64,000 nucleotides of DNA from Candidatus Woesearchaeota archaeon (GCA_030670545.1 DAOVBM010000001.1:17932-81931); one strand, 5' to 3'; positions 18,578 to 29,724 are shown, counted from the first letter of the stretch. Notes: generated from the letters alone by a model not told the origin. Numbers and translations are program-made.

Positions 18578-19809
18578 CTTTTTACAATCTTCACTTCAAG
18601 AACCTTGTTTTTTGTCGCTTTTTCTACAATTATATCATATTTCCCTGTTGATACCTTGTCTCCATGCTTAGGTATTTTCTCAAGCTTGTGCATGATCATT
18701 CCAGAGATTGTGTCATAGGAATCATTCTGCCTGAATCTTGTGCCAAGCTCTTTGTTTATTTCATCAATCCTTGCTTTTCCCCTGACAATTGCTGTTGTCT
18801 TATTGATTTTTCTGATAGGATGTTCTTTTATATCTTTCTCATCATATATCTCGCCAACAATCTCTTCCAAAAGGTCCTCTATGCTTACTATTCCTGCAAC
18901 ACCGCCATGCTCATCAATAACAACTGCCATCTGTATCTTTTTGTCCTGGAACTCTGTAAGCATGTCATCTATCTTTTTTGAATCAGGAACCAGATAAGAA
19001 TCATGCATTATATCTTTAAGCACGTCATCTTTTTTATTTTTCACTATAGCACTGAGTATATCCCTGATATGGACAATACCAATTATATTATCTGTTTCAC
19101 CGTTATATACTGGAATTCTGGAGAACTTCATTGACATTACTTTTTCAAGCGCATCAGCAATTTTTATTCCAGCATTAAGGCGGAACATATCTGTTCTTGG
19201 TGTCATCACCTCACCGACACTTATGTCATTGAACTTGAATATGTTATGTATCATTTCTTTCTCTTCTTTTTCTATTGAACCAACCTCTTCGCCAAGCTTT
19301 ATTATTGATTCTACTTCTTCTTCAGTTATCTGGAGAGATCTTTGATTGTCATCTCTCTTTGTTATCTTCTTTGACATCCAGTCCAGCATTATTATCAAAG
19401 GATAGAATAATACCATCAAAATCCTCATTAATTTGGCAGTCGCAAGGCATATCTTTTCCTTATGGAGCATTGCAAACGATTTTGGGGTGACTTCTCCAAA
19501 TACAAGCAATATCAATGTCACTGAGCCAGTTGCTATTGATATGCCCCATGATGCTGAAATCTCAAGAGCAATAGAAGTAGCTATAGCTGAAGCTGCAACA
19601 TTTACAAGATTATTGCCTACCAATATTGCAATAATAAGCTTGTGCATATCATGCTTTAGTCTTTGGATAAGGTCTGCGCCTTTTACTTTTTTGTCTACAA
19701 GATGATGAATCCTTAATCTGGAAAGAGATAAAAAAGCTGTCTCAGTCATAGAAAAGAATCCTGAAAAGAAAAGCATTATTACAAACATCAGAATCTTATA
19801 CTTTATCAT
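18574..19809 (-). CDS. CNNM/CorC-family membrane protein with a DUF21 TM domain, a CBS pair and a CorC_HlyC C-terminal domain. Likely a Mg2+/Co2+ efflux or hemolysin-family transporter.
   Basis: Domain order in the translation; TM-rich N-terminus. Confidence 0.8.
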   Translation of the reverse strand: MIKYKILMFVIMLFFSGFFSMTETAFLSLSRLRIHHLVDKKVKGADLIQRLKHDMHKLIIAILVGNNLVNVAASAIATSIALEISASWGISIATGSVTLILLVFGEVTPKSFAMLHKEKICLATAKLMRILMVLFYPLIIMLDWMSKKITKRDDNQRSLQITEEEVESIIKLGEEVGSIEKEEKEMIHNIFKFNDISVGEVMTPRTDMFRLNAGIKIADALEKVMSMKFSRIPVYNGETDNIIGIVHIRDILSAIVKNKKDDVLKDIMHDSYLVPDSKKIDDMLTEFQDKKIQMAVVIDEHGGVAGIVSIEDLLEEIVGEIYDEKDIKEHPIRKINKTTAIVRGKARIDEINKELGTRFRQNDSYDTISGMIMHKLEKIPKHGDKVSTGKYDIIVEKATKNKVLEVKIVKR

Positions 19810-19871
19810 TTGGAATCAGCTATTATGATTTTATTTTCATACTTTAATAATCTTTGCATTGAATATATCTA

Positions 19872-20040
19872 TCTAGTCTATTATTTAAGGAGCACCAGCA
19901 TCATCACGTCAAAACTCCTTCAATTTTTGAAGTCTTGCTCGTCGCGGGGGGATGCCCCCTGCGGGGACGCAGAGCCGTCTAAAAATACTTCCTGAGTTTT
20001 GAAGATGCTCGTGCTCCTTTATATCTGACTAAATACTTAC
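19872..20040. repeat. R1 MITE-like element copy with the aggagcaccagcatc arm, the core hairpin gctcgtcgcggggggatgccccctgcggggacgcagagc, the arm gaagatgctcgtgctcc, and the 3' TIR gactaaatacttacc.
   Basis: Alignment with 60435-60610. Confidence 0.75.
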
Positions 20041-20047
20041 CATTGAA

Positions 20048-21742
20048 TTACATCTCCTCTGGCGCTTCTATGCCAAGAAGAGCTAATCCATTCTTTAATA
20101 CCTGCCTTACAGAGTCTGCCAAAGCAAGCCTTGCTTTCATTACATCTTCTTCAGCTCTAAGGATTGGGCAGTTATGGTAAAACTCATTGAATTGCTGTGC
20201 AAGATTAAGCAGGTAGTGGCATATCATTGAAGGCTTGTAATGTTCAGCGCTGTCATTGATTAATCCAGGGAATTGCTTAAGCAGTATAACAAGCTTTTTT
20301 TCATAGTCTGAATTAAGCAGTGAATAATCAGCATCATAATCAATATCCTTTCCATACTTTCTGAATATGCTGCATATTCTTGCATGAGCATATTGTACAT
20401 AAGGCCCTGTCTCGCCTTCAAAAGATATAGACTCCTTAGGATTATAGAGGAAATCTTTTGCTGGTTCATATTTAAGGATATAAAACTTCAATGCTCCTAT
20501 TCCTATCTGAACTGCGCGTCTTTTGATTTCATCTTCAGGAAGGTCATGCCTTTTTTTGATCTCTGTTTCAGCGAGCTTTTCCATATCATCCATCAGGTCA
20601 TCAGCATTAACAACAGTGCCTTCTCTGGACTTCATCTTGCCTTCTGGAAGATTAATCATGCCATAGATTAGATGATAGCATTTCTTTGCCCATTTATGTC
20701 CAAGCAGCTTGAGTATAACAAAAAGCTGCTGAAAATGAAGATTCTGTTCTGATGCGACAACATATATGCTTCTGTCAACCCCAAACTCTTTTTCCTTAAG
20801 CTCAGCAAGATATATATCCTGTGTTATGTAAAGTGATGTGCCATCTGACTTGAGAAGCACTTTATTAGGAATTTTGAATTTTTCAAGATTAGCTATTACA
20901 GCTCCCTCATCTTCCTCAAAGATTCCTTGTTTCAGGCCTTTTGCGACTATATCCTTTCCTTTCTTGTATATCCTGGTTTCATAGTATATCTTATCAAAGA
21001 CACATCCCAGCCTCTTGTATGTAATATCATAGCCATCATATACCCACTTGCTCATCTTTTTCCATAGTTCTATTGTCTTTGGGTCACCTTCCTCAAAGAG
21101 CTTGTTCAGTTGCTTTGCTTTGTCTTCAAGCTCAGGATCATCTTTTGCCCTGCTGCCGAATTCAATATACCATTTGGCAACAAAATGATCGCTTTTAATG
21201 TCTGGCTCCTGATTATTGCCCCATAATCTATATGCAAGCATTGATTTTGCAACTCCCATCCCTTTATCATTCATAAGGCATGTCTTTATTACCTTATAGC
21301 CTGAAAATTCAAGAATATTAGAGAGCGCAATACCTAAAAGATTGTTTCGCACATGCCCTAGATGCTGCGCCTTGTTTGTGTTTGGAGAAGAATATTCAAT
21401 CATAATCTTTTCATCTTTGGATTTTTTGGAGCCGTACTTTTCTTTATGTTTCTGGATATCTTTAAGTGTTGTTTCTCTAAGCAAATTCTGATTTACAAAG
21501 AAATTAAGATAGGGGCCTGTTGGTTTTGCTTCAGAGAGATATTCCGTTGGCCTGAATTTGGCTGCAATATCTTTTGCTATATCATTAGGACTTTTCTTCA
21601 GCTGTTTTGATAATGCAAAGCATGGAAATGCATAGTCTCCCATCTTTGGATCAGGAGGTATCTCTAGGGGGATATCTTTGAGTTTTGTCTCTGTTTTAAG
21701 GAAGTTTATTGCATCCTGCCTGAATTTATCCATTCTTCTCAA
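20048..21742 (-). CDS. argS: Arginyl-tRNA synthetase.
   Basis: HIGH-type motif SSPNTNKAQHLGHVRNN, an MSK-like motif KMKSREGTVV, and an ArgRS-type C-terminus. Confidence 0.85.
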   Translation of the reverse strand: MRRMDKFRQDAINFLKTETKLKDIPLEIPPDPKMGDYAFPCFALSKQLKKSPNDIAKDIAAKFRPTEYLSEAKPTGPYLNFFVNQNLLRETTLKDIQKHKEKYGSKKSKDEKIMIEYSSPNTNKAQHLGHVRNNLLGIALSNILEFSGYKVIKTCLMNDKGMGVAKSMLAYRLWGNNQEPDIKSDHFVAKWYIEFGSRAKDDPELEDKAKQLNKLFEEGDPKTIELWKKMSKWVYDGYDITYKRLGCVFDKIYYETRIYKKGKDIVAKGLKQGIFEEDEGAVIANLEKFKIPNKVLLKSDGTSLYITQDIYLAELKEKEFGVDRSIYVVASEQNLHFQQLFVILKLLGHKWAKKCYHLIYGMINLPEGKMKSREGTVVNADDLMDDMEKLAETEIKKRHDLPEDEIKRRAVQIGIGALKFYILKYEPAKDFLYNPKESISFEGETGPYVQYAHARICSIFRKYGKDIDYDADYSLLNSDYEKKLVILLKQFPGLINDSAEHYKPSMICHYLLNLAQQFNEFYHNCPILRAEEDVMKARLALADSVRQVLKNGLALLGIEAPEEM

Positions 21743-21779
21743 AAAGTTGATGGTTGTTTATTAAGTTTTTGGATTTTTC

Positions 21780-23096
21780 TTATTCTTCCTTATTCAGCAG
21801 CCAGAACCATATAGGCCTGACCTTAATATCATAGCCTTGAGATTTAAGGTTATCAAAATCATCCTTTGTCAACAATAAACCTTGCCTAAGATCATACTTT
21901 TCCAGTGCGTCCTTAAGACCTTTTATTTCCCTTTCTTTTGTTTTCTCATCCTTTAATGTTTTTGTTACCTGGATAACTTGAGTTATTTTAGTTCCTTTCT
22001 TAATTATGAAATCGCATTCGCTTTTTGCTTCTATGTCCTTATGGTAATATATCTCACTTTCAACCCTTTTGAGTTCAATAAATACAAGATTTTCAAGAAT
22101 CCTCCCCAAATCTTCTGAAAACCTAAACCCAAGAGTGTTAATAAGTCCAGTATCCATAGAATATACTTTTGACTGAGTCGTTATCTGCTCTTTTAATGAA
22201 TACGAGAACATGTCGAGATAAAAGAATAAATAAGAAAGTTCTAAATCAGAGAGATAAGATTGTATTGTATTTATTGAAACCCCAAATGCCTTGCTTATTT
22301 TGTTTATTGAGAACAATTTTGCGCTGTTTGTTAAGAGGAATAATGCAAGCTCCTTAATCAGTTTTGAATTCCTTATGTTGAATCTCTGAACAATATCCCT
22401 AAACAGGACATTGTCAAAATATTCATATATTCTTTCAGAAGGGTTAGGCTCATCAAGGAATTCAGGTATTGCACCTAACTTAAGGTATTGGTTAAATAGC
22501 TTCTTTACTTTAGGCATTACATGCTCAATCTCATAATATTTTTTTCCAGCAATATCTATCTTATGATAAATTAGGTATTCATCAAAAGAGAATGGCAGCA
22601 CCTCTATAGTCGATATTCTTCCTGTAAGTAGTGTCCCTAATTCCTTTGACAATAATTTAGCATTTGAGCCAGTTATAATCAACTTGATATTCTCTTCTGA
22701 GTCATATTTTGTCCTTAAGAAACGTTCAAATCCATTTATATTCTGAATCTCATCAAGGAAAAAATATACCTGTTTGTCTGGATTTATATTCTCTCTATAT
22801 ACTTCCAGAATCTCTTCGAGCAGATCAAGGGAATAATGGTCAAAGAACTTATAATATTCCAAGTTCACATAGAGTATCTGCTCCTTTGGAATATTATGTT
22901 CACCAAGGAGTCCTATTATCTGCTTTAGCAGTACAGTTTTCCCAGCTCTTCTTGGACCTTTAATTACTAATATTGATTTGGAACGGATTAATTTTGAATC
23001 AAGATATTGTCTCCTTGGGACATAGTCTAATTTAATCTCCTTATGCCAATAATTTTGTTCTCTGAGTATTGCAAATATTGTATTTTGATCAAGCAT
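21780..23096 (-). CDS. AAA+ ATPase with a DUF4143 C-terminal domain (COG1373 family).
   Basis: Walker A motif GPRRAGKT and the characteristic family architecture. Confidence 0.7.
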   Translation of the reverse strand: MLDQNTIFAILREQNYWHKEIKLDYVPRRQYLDSKLIRSKSILVIKGPRRAGKTVLLKQIIGLLGEHNIPKEQILYVNLEYYKFFDHYSLDLLEEILEVYRENINPDKQVYFFLDEIQNINGFERFLRTKYDSEENIKLIITGSNAKLLSKELGTLLTGRISTIEVLPFSFDEYLIYHKIDIAGKKYYEIEHVMPKVKKLFNQYLKLGAIPEFLDEPNPSERIYEYFDNVLFRDIVQRFNIRNSKLIKELALFLLTNSAKLFSINKISKAFGVSINTIQSYLSDLELSYLFFYLDMFSYSLKEQITTQSKVYSMDTGLINTLGFRFSEDLGRILENLVFIELKRVESEIYYHKDIEAKSECDFIIKKGTKITQVIQVTKTLKDEKTKEREIKGLKDALEKYDLRQGLLLTKDDFDNLKSQGYDIKVRPIWFWLLNKEE

Positions 23097-23253
23097 ATTG
23101 ATAAGAATAATATACTAATATTTAAGCTTTATCATTATACTGATATAATTTGTACTAAAACTATATCATTATACTGATATAGCCCAGAGATGATAAAAAG
23201 ATAATCTTGGTATCAATTATCCTTTGAAATCCTTTAATTTATAAAAATATACC

Positions 23254-23690
23254 CCGCTGCTTGCAGTGGCTGGGTATGGCTAATGATTATATGCATGGTA
23301 TATTTTTATGACCAAAAACCCAATGTAAGATTATACCCCCCTCTTGCGACGATTGGATTTTTGATTTATCTTCAATTGCTTTGTTCAGGTTTTTGATACT
23401 TAGTATACCCCCAGTCTGCGACTGGTGGATTATATTGTGGTATACTAAGCCCCAAAATTAGCAACCCTATCCTGAAAGGCGAGCATGCCACCAGTCTATG
23501 ACTGGTGGTGGTTGCTAATTTTTGACATAGTCAAATCCTATTCCATCAACCTAAAGGTTGGGGTATTTACGGATTTGACATTATTCTTGGTCAAATTTTT
23601 GGGATTAAAAATTTCGCACTAAAGTGCTAGGTATTTAAACTCCATTAGAAAATTCCACTATGCGAAATTTTCAATAAGCCTACATTCAAG
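23254..23690. repeat. R2 modular structured repeat. It has three decaying ~75-bp hairpin units, the twin-palindrome module I (23393-23527), module B, and module A in inverted orientation.
   Basis: Modules align to 59596-59895 and 36265-36420. Confidence 0.7.
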
Positions 23691-23692
23691 CC

Positions 23693-24589
23693 TTATTGCT
23701 TTTTTAAATTCTTATTGGAGACCATCTTCATTATTCTTTCCTTTCCATTCCCTATCTTTGACTTTATGTTCTCCTTGTTTACATAAAATTGTGACCTGAA
23801 TTTGTTTAGCTGGTTTCTTGATTTTATATTTCGCCTTACAGCTGTTGTCTCTTTCCCCAGCGCCTGCATTGCTTTTTTCACTATGTTGCTTTCTTTTCCA
23901 ATTACTGTTGATCTTTTCTTTATCAATGATTTAAGAAAATCTTCTATTGATTCTCCTTCTGCTATTGTTATGGCATTCCCCAGCTCACCAATTGAGTGGC
24001 CATCACTTCCTCCTGTTATCCCTTTGTTGACTTTTCTTGCAAAATCCATGGCAAACATATTTCTTGTCCTTAGGTTGAATGCATTCAGCACTTCAATGAG
24101 ATTGACAGAGTCCATCATGTCCTTGCTCCATTTTACATTGTTTATGTTTACTGAACCAGGTGAGAATGGATGAGGTATGCAGACAACACAGTTATAATCA
24201 CGCGAGCATTCCAGCACATATTTCAGGTTTTTTGATATGAAAAAAGGCATATTATAAAGCCTTGGCTTGATTGTTTTATTGTAGAAATCCTGCAGCTCAT
24301 CTAGGCTGTAGAAATATATCAGGGTATGGATACATGTGGCATCAGTAACCTCTATCCCAGGTATTACAGGAACCTCTTTTCTGGATTCCCACATCCTCTC
24401 TGCGCCTCTTATTGTATTGTGGTCTGTAATCGCGACTCCTATGCCAATCTTTTTTGCTTTTTTCACAATAAGCCTGGGCCTGGCTATGCTGTCTGTAGAA
24501 TATCTTGTATGGTAATGCATATCAATTATAGTTTTATCCTCTTTAGCAAGAGATTTAAAATCCGGTTTCCTAAAATATACTTCTGCCAT
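23693..24589 (-). CDS. PHP-domain metal-dependent phosphoesterase.
   Basis: IDMHYHTRYSTDS and ITDHN His motifs. Confidence 0.7.
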   Translation of the reverse strand: MAEVYFRKPDFKSLAKEDKTIIDMHYHTRYSTDSIARPRLIVKKAKKIGIGVAITDHNTIRGAERMWESRKEVPVIPGIEVTDATCIHTLIYFYSLDELQDFYNKTIKPRLYNMPFFISKNLKYVLECSRDYNCVVCIPHPFSPGSVNINNVKWSKDMMDSVNLIEVLNAFNLRTRNMFAMDFARKVNKGITGGSDGHSIGELGNAITIAEGESIEDFLKSLIKKRSTVIGKESNIVKKAMQALGKETTAVRRNIKSRNQLNKFRSQFYVNKENIKSKIGNGKERIMKMVSNKNLKKQ

Positions 24590-24642
24590 TTCTGCGTTAT
24601 TTAAAGATGATTGTGTTTAAATAGTTATTGATTATTGCTTAT

Positions 24643-25743
24643 TCATATCTTTTTATTCAAACCTTTTTTCGAGTATGTCCTAAACACTTTTTTCAGCATA
24701 TAATACTCTTTTTTGATTTCTATCCTTAATGGAATATGGTTTCTCTTTTTAGGGCTGATCCTGGTGGATGATAGATAACCATGGGCGATTGATGAGACTG
24801 CCTCAATATTGTCCTCAAAATAGTCTATCAATTCATGCTCCTGCCTTACCCTTGCTTCAAGCTGATCCATATGATTAATATAGGTATCCGCATCCCTTTG
24901 ACTGTCAAGATCCAGCGTACCTTCTGCATAAGGCGTGATTACAGCATTCACTCTTGCCTTAAATACCCTGCTCCCATATTTTTCTATGTCTGCAACAGTT
25001 GTTCTGTTCTTCATGAATCTGAAAAGATTATGGTATTTAGAATATGATAAGACCAAAGCGCTGAGCATCTCAACTACTTTCACAAAGCCTCCAGGACCCA
25101 GTGCCCTGAATGCTGTCATCAGAAAATTATTTGGATTGCTGTAGTTCCCAAAATCCTTATCCTGCGAATCAACTTTCCTGTTATCAGCAATATCCTGCAC
25201 ATACCTGAAATTGCATCTGTGAGGCTTTAAAAGAGTCATGCAGTTCAACCTTGTGTCAATGTCCCTTGTGAATATGTATCTCCTGTTAAAATATGGATTG
25301 AAAAACTCGATGCATTCCTTAGGCGCAAGCGGATAGAAAAAATCAGCATTGTCAAGGTCGCATCTATCAAGAAAATAGAAAAGTGATCTTTTGGTGAATA
25401 ATGGTGTATCCCCCTGCATAAAAAGCAAAGCCTCATCTTTGCCTAACTGGAATTCGCTAAGTATCTTCGATATCTTTGTGCTTAATGTGCCTTTACAGTC
25501 AATGTAATTCATGCTTTTGTCAGACCCAAGCTTGTCTCTCAGATCTTTTTCATCACCTACAATATAGATGTTTTTTGAGCCGATGTCATGAAATACATCC
25601 AGCATATATCCTAGCGCAGGCTTGCCTTTTATAGGAATCAGGCATTTGTTCATTCCATAGACTTTGGTTGAATCAGGTCCATCCCCTGCCATGAACAATA
25701 CCTTTATTGCCTTTAATTCGTCTTTTGAGATAAAGTTTGCCAT
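24643..25743 (-). CDS. Nucleotidyltransferase with a MobA-like NTP-transferase domain and an additional C-terminal region.
   Basis: VLFMAGDGPDS...LIPIKGKPAL and GDTP motifs. Confidence 0.5.
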   Translation of the reverse strand: MANFISKDELKAIKVLFMAGDGPDSTKVYGMNKCLIPIKGKPALGYMLDVFHDIGSKNIYIVGDEKDLRDKLGSDKSMNYIDCKGTLSTKISKILSEFQLGKDEALLFMQGDTPLFTKRSLFYFLDRCDLDNADFFYPLAPKECIEFFNPYFNRRYIFTRDIDTRLNCMTLLKPHRCNFRYVQDIADNRKVDSQDKDFGNYSNPNNFLMTAFRALGPGGFVKVVEMLSALVLSYSKYHNLFRFMKNRTTVADIEKYGSRVFKARVNAVITPYAEGTLDLDSQRDADTYINHMDQLEARVRQEHELIDYFEDNIEAVSSIAHGYLSSTRISPKKRNHIPLRIEIKKEYYMLKKVFRTYSKKGLNKKI

Positions 25744-26024
25744 ATTATATAAGGATTAAAGACTTGTTAGGAATTTTAAACCTTTCTTTTATTTGTTATG
25801 AATATAGGATAGTTTAAGAATCTTAGTATATCTTTTCCTATACTAGTCACAATAAACGTAACATTTATATACTAGTTATGTTTATGATATATTATGCCCA
25901 AGGGTGGCTTTGTTCAGATTCATGCTTATGAGAAGGTCCAAAGGATTTTATTCTGAATTTGTAACCTACCCCCACACAAGACAAAAACCCTAACTCTTGG
26001 GCCTTCTCTTTTTTCATCAATACA

Positions 26025-26783
26025 TTATTTGTTCCCAAACCTCTCAAAAGCTCTCAATATTTCAAGAGGCATAGCAAACACTACTGTATTGCTCTGGTCT
26101 GAGCTGATGTCATTTATGCTGTGTAGTGTCCTAAGATGAAGTGCTCCTGAGGACTTTGCAAGTGTATCAGCTGCTTTCGCAAGATTAGTTGATGCTGTGA
26201 CTTCTCCCTGGGCTTTTATTACCACTGCTCTTCTTTCCCTCTCAGCTTCTGCTTCTTTGCCCATCACTCTCTTCATCTCTCCTGGCAGCTCAATGTGCTT
26301 GAGGTCAACGCTGGTTACCTTTATGCCCCATGGATCTGTCGCTTTATCAACAATCTGTTGAATCCTGTTTGACAGCCTGTCCCTTTCTCCAAGAAGTTGG
26401 TCAAGAGTTACCTCTCCTACAACATCTCTCATTGTTGTCTGCGCAAGCTGCGAGACAGCATAGTTGAAATGCTCTACTTTAAGGATTGCGCTATCTGCGG
26501 AATCAACCTTATAATATAATACTGCATTCACATTTACGCTTACATTGTCTTTTGTTATTGCATCCTGCTCAGGCACATCAACAGCCTTTACTCTCATATC
26601 AACCCGCTGCCATGTTTGGATTACAGGAACAACAATCCGCAATCCAGGTTTCATTATGCCTGAATATTTTCCGAGTGTGAATCTTACCCCTCGCTCGTAT
26701 TCATTTACTATCTTCAGCCCGCTGGCGATAAATATTGCAATAACTGCAATCAGCCATACTAATTCCATATTATATCCCCCCAA
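26025..26783 (-). CDS. SPFH/band-7 (stomatin/prohibitin-like) membrane protein.
   Basis: N-terminal TM helix followed by the SPFH core (KIVNEYERGVRFTLGKY...). Confidence 0.85.
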   Translation of the reverse strand: MGGYNMELVWLIAVIAIFIASGLKIVNEYERGVRFTLGKYSGIMKPGLRIVVPVIQTWQRVDMRVKAVDVPEQDAITKDNVSVNVNAVLYYKVDSADSAILKVEHFNYAVSQLAQTTMRDVVGEVTLDQLLGERDRLSNRIQQIVDKATDPWGIKVTSVDLKHIELPGEMKRVMGKEAEAERERRAVVIKAQGEVTASTNLAKAADTLAKSSGALHLRTLHSINDISSDQSNTVVFAMPLEILRAFERFGNK

Positions 26784-26979
26784 TTATTGATATGGTACTT
26801 TCAGGAGAAGTCATTAATAAATGTTTTGGATTTTATTGTTTTACTTACTAACTGATGTCTATATAATTTTTTAAATACAATCAAACTCACTTTTATATGG
26901 AGCTTATACTGCATCTGCATATTTTACAAATATACGCTGTTTCTGTTCAATGCCATGCAATGCAAAAAGAGGTGAAAAC

Positions 26980-28452
26980 ATGGAAAAAAATAAAAGGATA
27001 ACACTGGAGCCTGCATACAGCTTAAGAGAATTCCGGATACTTCCTAGAAAGACAACACTGGATAATGTAATATCAGAGATAAGCCTTAAGACAAGGCTGT
27101 GCAGGAAAGGCGATGATTTCTTTTATCTTAATATCCCGTTTGTAAGCGCAGCTATGCAGGCAGTTTCAGGCACTGAGCTTGCTATTGCTCTTGCACAGCA
27201 CGGAGGCATAAGCGTAATACCCTGCAGCATACCTGTTGATGAGCAGGTAAGGATAATAACTGATGTGAAAAGGTACAAGGCGGGGTTTCAGGAAGATGTG
27301 ATATGCTTTTCACCAGGCTCAAGAATAGATGATGTAATCAGCACTATTGATCGTACAGGGTATTTTATATTCCCTGTTACAGAGAATGGAAGCTCTAAAG
27401 GAAATCTCTTAGGTATAATCACAGATAAGGATTTTACAAGGAAGTACAAGGACAACATTGTCTCAGATTATATGATTACAGAGCTTGATGTCGCATCTGA
27501 AAGGGTCAGCCTCAGTGAGGCTAATGAGCTCATGATTAAGTATCGCAGGGGGTTCCTTCCGATAGTGGACAAGAACTTTAATCTCAAGTCTGTTGTGTTC
27601 AAGAAAGACCTTGACAAAAATATTAATTTCCCTAATGAACTTAGTGACAAGAATAAGAGGTACTGCATAGCTGCTGCTGTATCGACGCAGCCAGGGGACA
27701 GGGAGAGGATCGATGCGCTTCTTGAGGCAGGGCCTGAGGTCATATTCGTGGATGCGTCAGACGGCTATTCAAGCTTTCAGGCAGATACTCTTGATTATAT
27801 AAAATCAAGGTCAGATATTCCAGTAGTTGGAGGGAACATCATAACATATGACGGATTTATGCATCTTGCAAGATCAGGATTTGATGCAGTCAAGATAGGA
27901 ATGGGCATAGGCTCAGGATGCATAACACAGGAGACAAAAGGAACCGGAAGAGGCCAGGCAACAGCATTGATGGATGCGGCTGATGCAAGGGATGATTTCC
28001 ATAAAAAGACTGATTCATACATCCCTATTATTGCTGACGGTGGCATAAGCAATACTTCGCATATGGCTGTTGCGATTGCCATGGGCGCTGATGCCATCAT
28101 GATGGGAAGGTATTTTGTGCAATACAGGGAAAGCGCAGCTCCGCAGTACAGGCACAAGAAGCACGGCTTTGTCAAGGAATACTGGATGGAGGCATCGAGC
28201 AAGGGAAGAAATTACGGAAGGTATGACAGCTCAAGTGACATATTTTTTGAAGAAGGAATAGAGGGATATGTGCCTTGTATAGGGAAGATACATGAGAGAA
28301 AGAACCTGCCAGAGACATTGCTTAAGATAAAGTCAGCAATGAGCAGCGCAGCATGCACAACAATTGACGATATGCACAGGAAATGCATAGTCGAGCTGCA
28401 ATCAGTCTATTCATTGGCAGACGGCGCAGTGCATGATATGATACTCAAATAA
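26980..28452 (+). CDS. guaB: IMP dehydrogenase-family protein (guaB-like) with a CBS pair inserted in the TIM barrel.
   Basis: IPFVSAAMQAVSG, catalytic-loop Cys in GIGSGCITQE, and IIADGGI. A Shine-Dalgarno (agaggtga) before the ATG at 26980 supports this start over 26950. Confidence 0.75.
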   Translation: MEKNKRITLEPAYSLREFRILPRKTTLDNVISEISLKTRLCRKGDDFFYLNIPFVSAAMQAVSGTELAIALAQHGGISVIPCSIPVDEQVRIITDVKRYKAGFQEDVICFSPGSRIDDVISTIDRTGYFIFPVTENGSSKGNLLGIITDKDFTRKYKDNIVSDYMITELDVASERVSLSEANELMIKYRRGFLPIVDKNFNLKSVVFKKDLDKNINFPNELSDKNKRYCIAAAVSTQPGDRERIDALLEAGPEVIFVDASDGYSSFQADTLDYIKSRSDIPVVGGNIITYDGFMHLARSGFDAVKIGMGIGSGCITQETKGTGRGQATALMDAADARDDFHKKTDSYIPIIADGGISNTSHMAVAIAMGADAIMMGRYFVQYRESAAPQYRHKKHGFVKEYWMEASSKGRNYGRYDSSSDIFFEEGIEGYVPCIGKIHERKNLPETLLKIKSAMSSAACTTIDDMHRKCIVELQSVYSLADGAVHDMILK

Positions 28453-28597
28453 GGGTATTAGATGTAGCCTCTCCAAATCTTTCCTAATTCTTTTCTTTTC
28501 CTTTGCGAATGCTAATGGCCGTCGCTGGAACAATGGTGGAAGCAGGCAAAGAATTAGATTAGGATTGATTTGAATCCTAAGAAAATCTTGAATAAAA

Positions 28598-28690
28598 TAC
28601 CTTAACTTAATGACATTGGTTGTCCCTTACAGGGACGCAGTACCTTCTATGAACAGGGCAAGGGTTTTGAAGGTATTAGTAGATGCAAAT
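28598..28690. repeat. Degenerate R1-related fragment (ggttgtcccttacagggacgcag ... gggttttgaagg).
   Basis: Similar to the hairpin core and 3' arm of the 13533 copy. Confidence 0.4.
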
Positions 28691-28731
28691 AAGGCGTAGA
28701 TTTATATATCCCTTTTTATTCTTCACATCCT

Positions 28732-29691
28732 ATGAACTTTCAGGACCTTACAAAAGTAGAAAATCCAGACTTTTACCTTGATGTAGCTTTCAGGAGAGCA
28801 AAGGAGAAATCAAAGCAGATCCGCTCTTCAAAACTTAAGGGAACAAGGATGGAGAAATCAAGATATATAGAGACAAGAAAGATTGAGATAATCAAGGATT
28901 CTCTTACTTCACCCCTTAATAAGATTGTAAGTTCATTCCCAAGCATAGATAATCTTCCTGAATTCTATATTGAGCTGATAAAATGCACATTGGATTATCC
29001 ACATCTTAAAAAATCATTAGGCGGTGTCAACTGGGCTGGAAAGCGCATAGAAGAGTTCTTTAGGATATATTCAAGCAAGATAAACAAATGCGCAGACCTT
29101 ACTAAGATAAACCAATACAGAAGAGAATATTACGGCAGGATATCTTCATTTGTAAAACAGATCAAGAAAGAGCTTGCTTTTCTTGAAGAAGCCAGAAAGA
29201 CAATGAAAGGATTTCCTACAATCAAGACCTCTATCCCTACAATAGCGATTGCAGGATTCCCAAATATCGGCAAGACAACACTGCTGTATAAACTGACCGG
29301 CTCAAAGCCTGAGATAAGCAACTATGCATTCACTACAAAAGGCATAAATGTAGCTTATTACAAGAAAGATGAGAAGAAGATACAGCTGCTTGACACACCA
29401 GGTACCTTGGACAGGTTCAATAAGATGAATTACATAGAGAAACAGGCATACCTTGCAATAAAGCTGCTTGCTGAGAAGATCATCTATATCTTTGACCTGA
29501 CTGAGTCTTACCCTATCGAGTCGCAGCTGAAGCTTTACAATAGCCTTAAGAAGCTGGAAAAGCCGATAATATGCTATCTGTCCAAGACTGATATTATTGA
29601 TAAGAAAATAGTTGATAAGTTCCTGAAAAAGCAGAAGTGCATTAAGGATATTAAAGAATTGGAGAAGGAGATTATTATTCCAGAAGATTAA
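28732..29691 (+). CDS. NOG1-family GTPase, the archaeal Nog1-like GTP-binding protein.
   Basis: G1 IAGFPNIGKTTLL, G3 LDTPG, and an N-terminal NOG1-type helical domain. Confidence 0.8.
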   Translation: MNFQDLTKVENPDFYLDVAFRRAKEKSKQIRSSKLKGTRMEKSRYIETRKIEIIKDSLTSPLNKIVSSFPSIDNLPEFYIELIKCTLDYPHLKKSLGGVNWAGKRIEEFFRIYSSKINKCADLTKINQYRREYYGRISSFVKQIKKELAFLEEARKTMKGFPTIKTSIPTIAIAGFPNIGKTTLLYKLTGSKPEISNYAFTTKGINVAYYKKDEKKIQLLDTPGTLDRFNKMNYIEKQAYLAIKLLAEKIIYIFDLTESYPIESQLKLYNSLKKLEKPIICYLSKTDIIDKKIVDKFLKKQKCIKDIKELEKEIIIPED

Positions 29692-29724
29692 GTGATTAAT
29701 TTTCATGATGTTATTATTCAATAA

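Noticed and set aside
25903-26010. A 7-bp terminal complementarity (GCCCAAG...CTTGGGC) that suggested a tRNA acceptor stem, possibly with an intron.
   Set aside because: There is no D-arm, T-loop (GTTCRANYC) or anticodon arm on either strand, and the length of ~108 nt is not supported by any intron motif.
28570-28590. aggattgatttgaatcct, resembling a tRNA T-arm.
   Set aside because: The loop is 6-8 nt and non-canonical, and no surrounding cloverleaf is present. It is more likely a small hairpin inside the degenerate R1 fragment.
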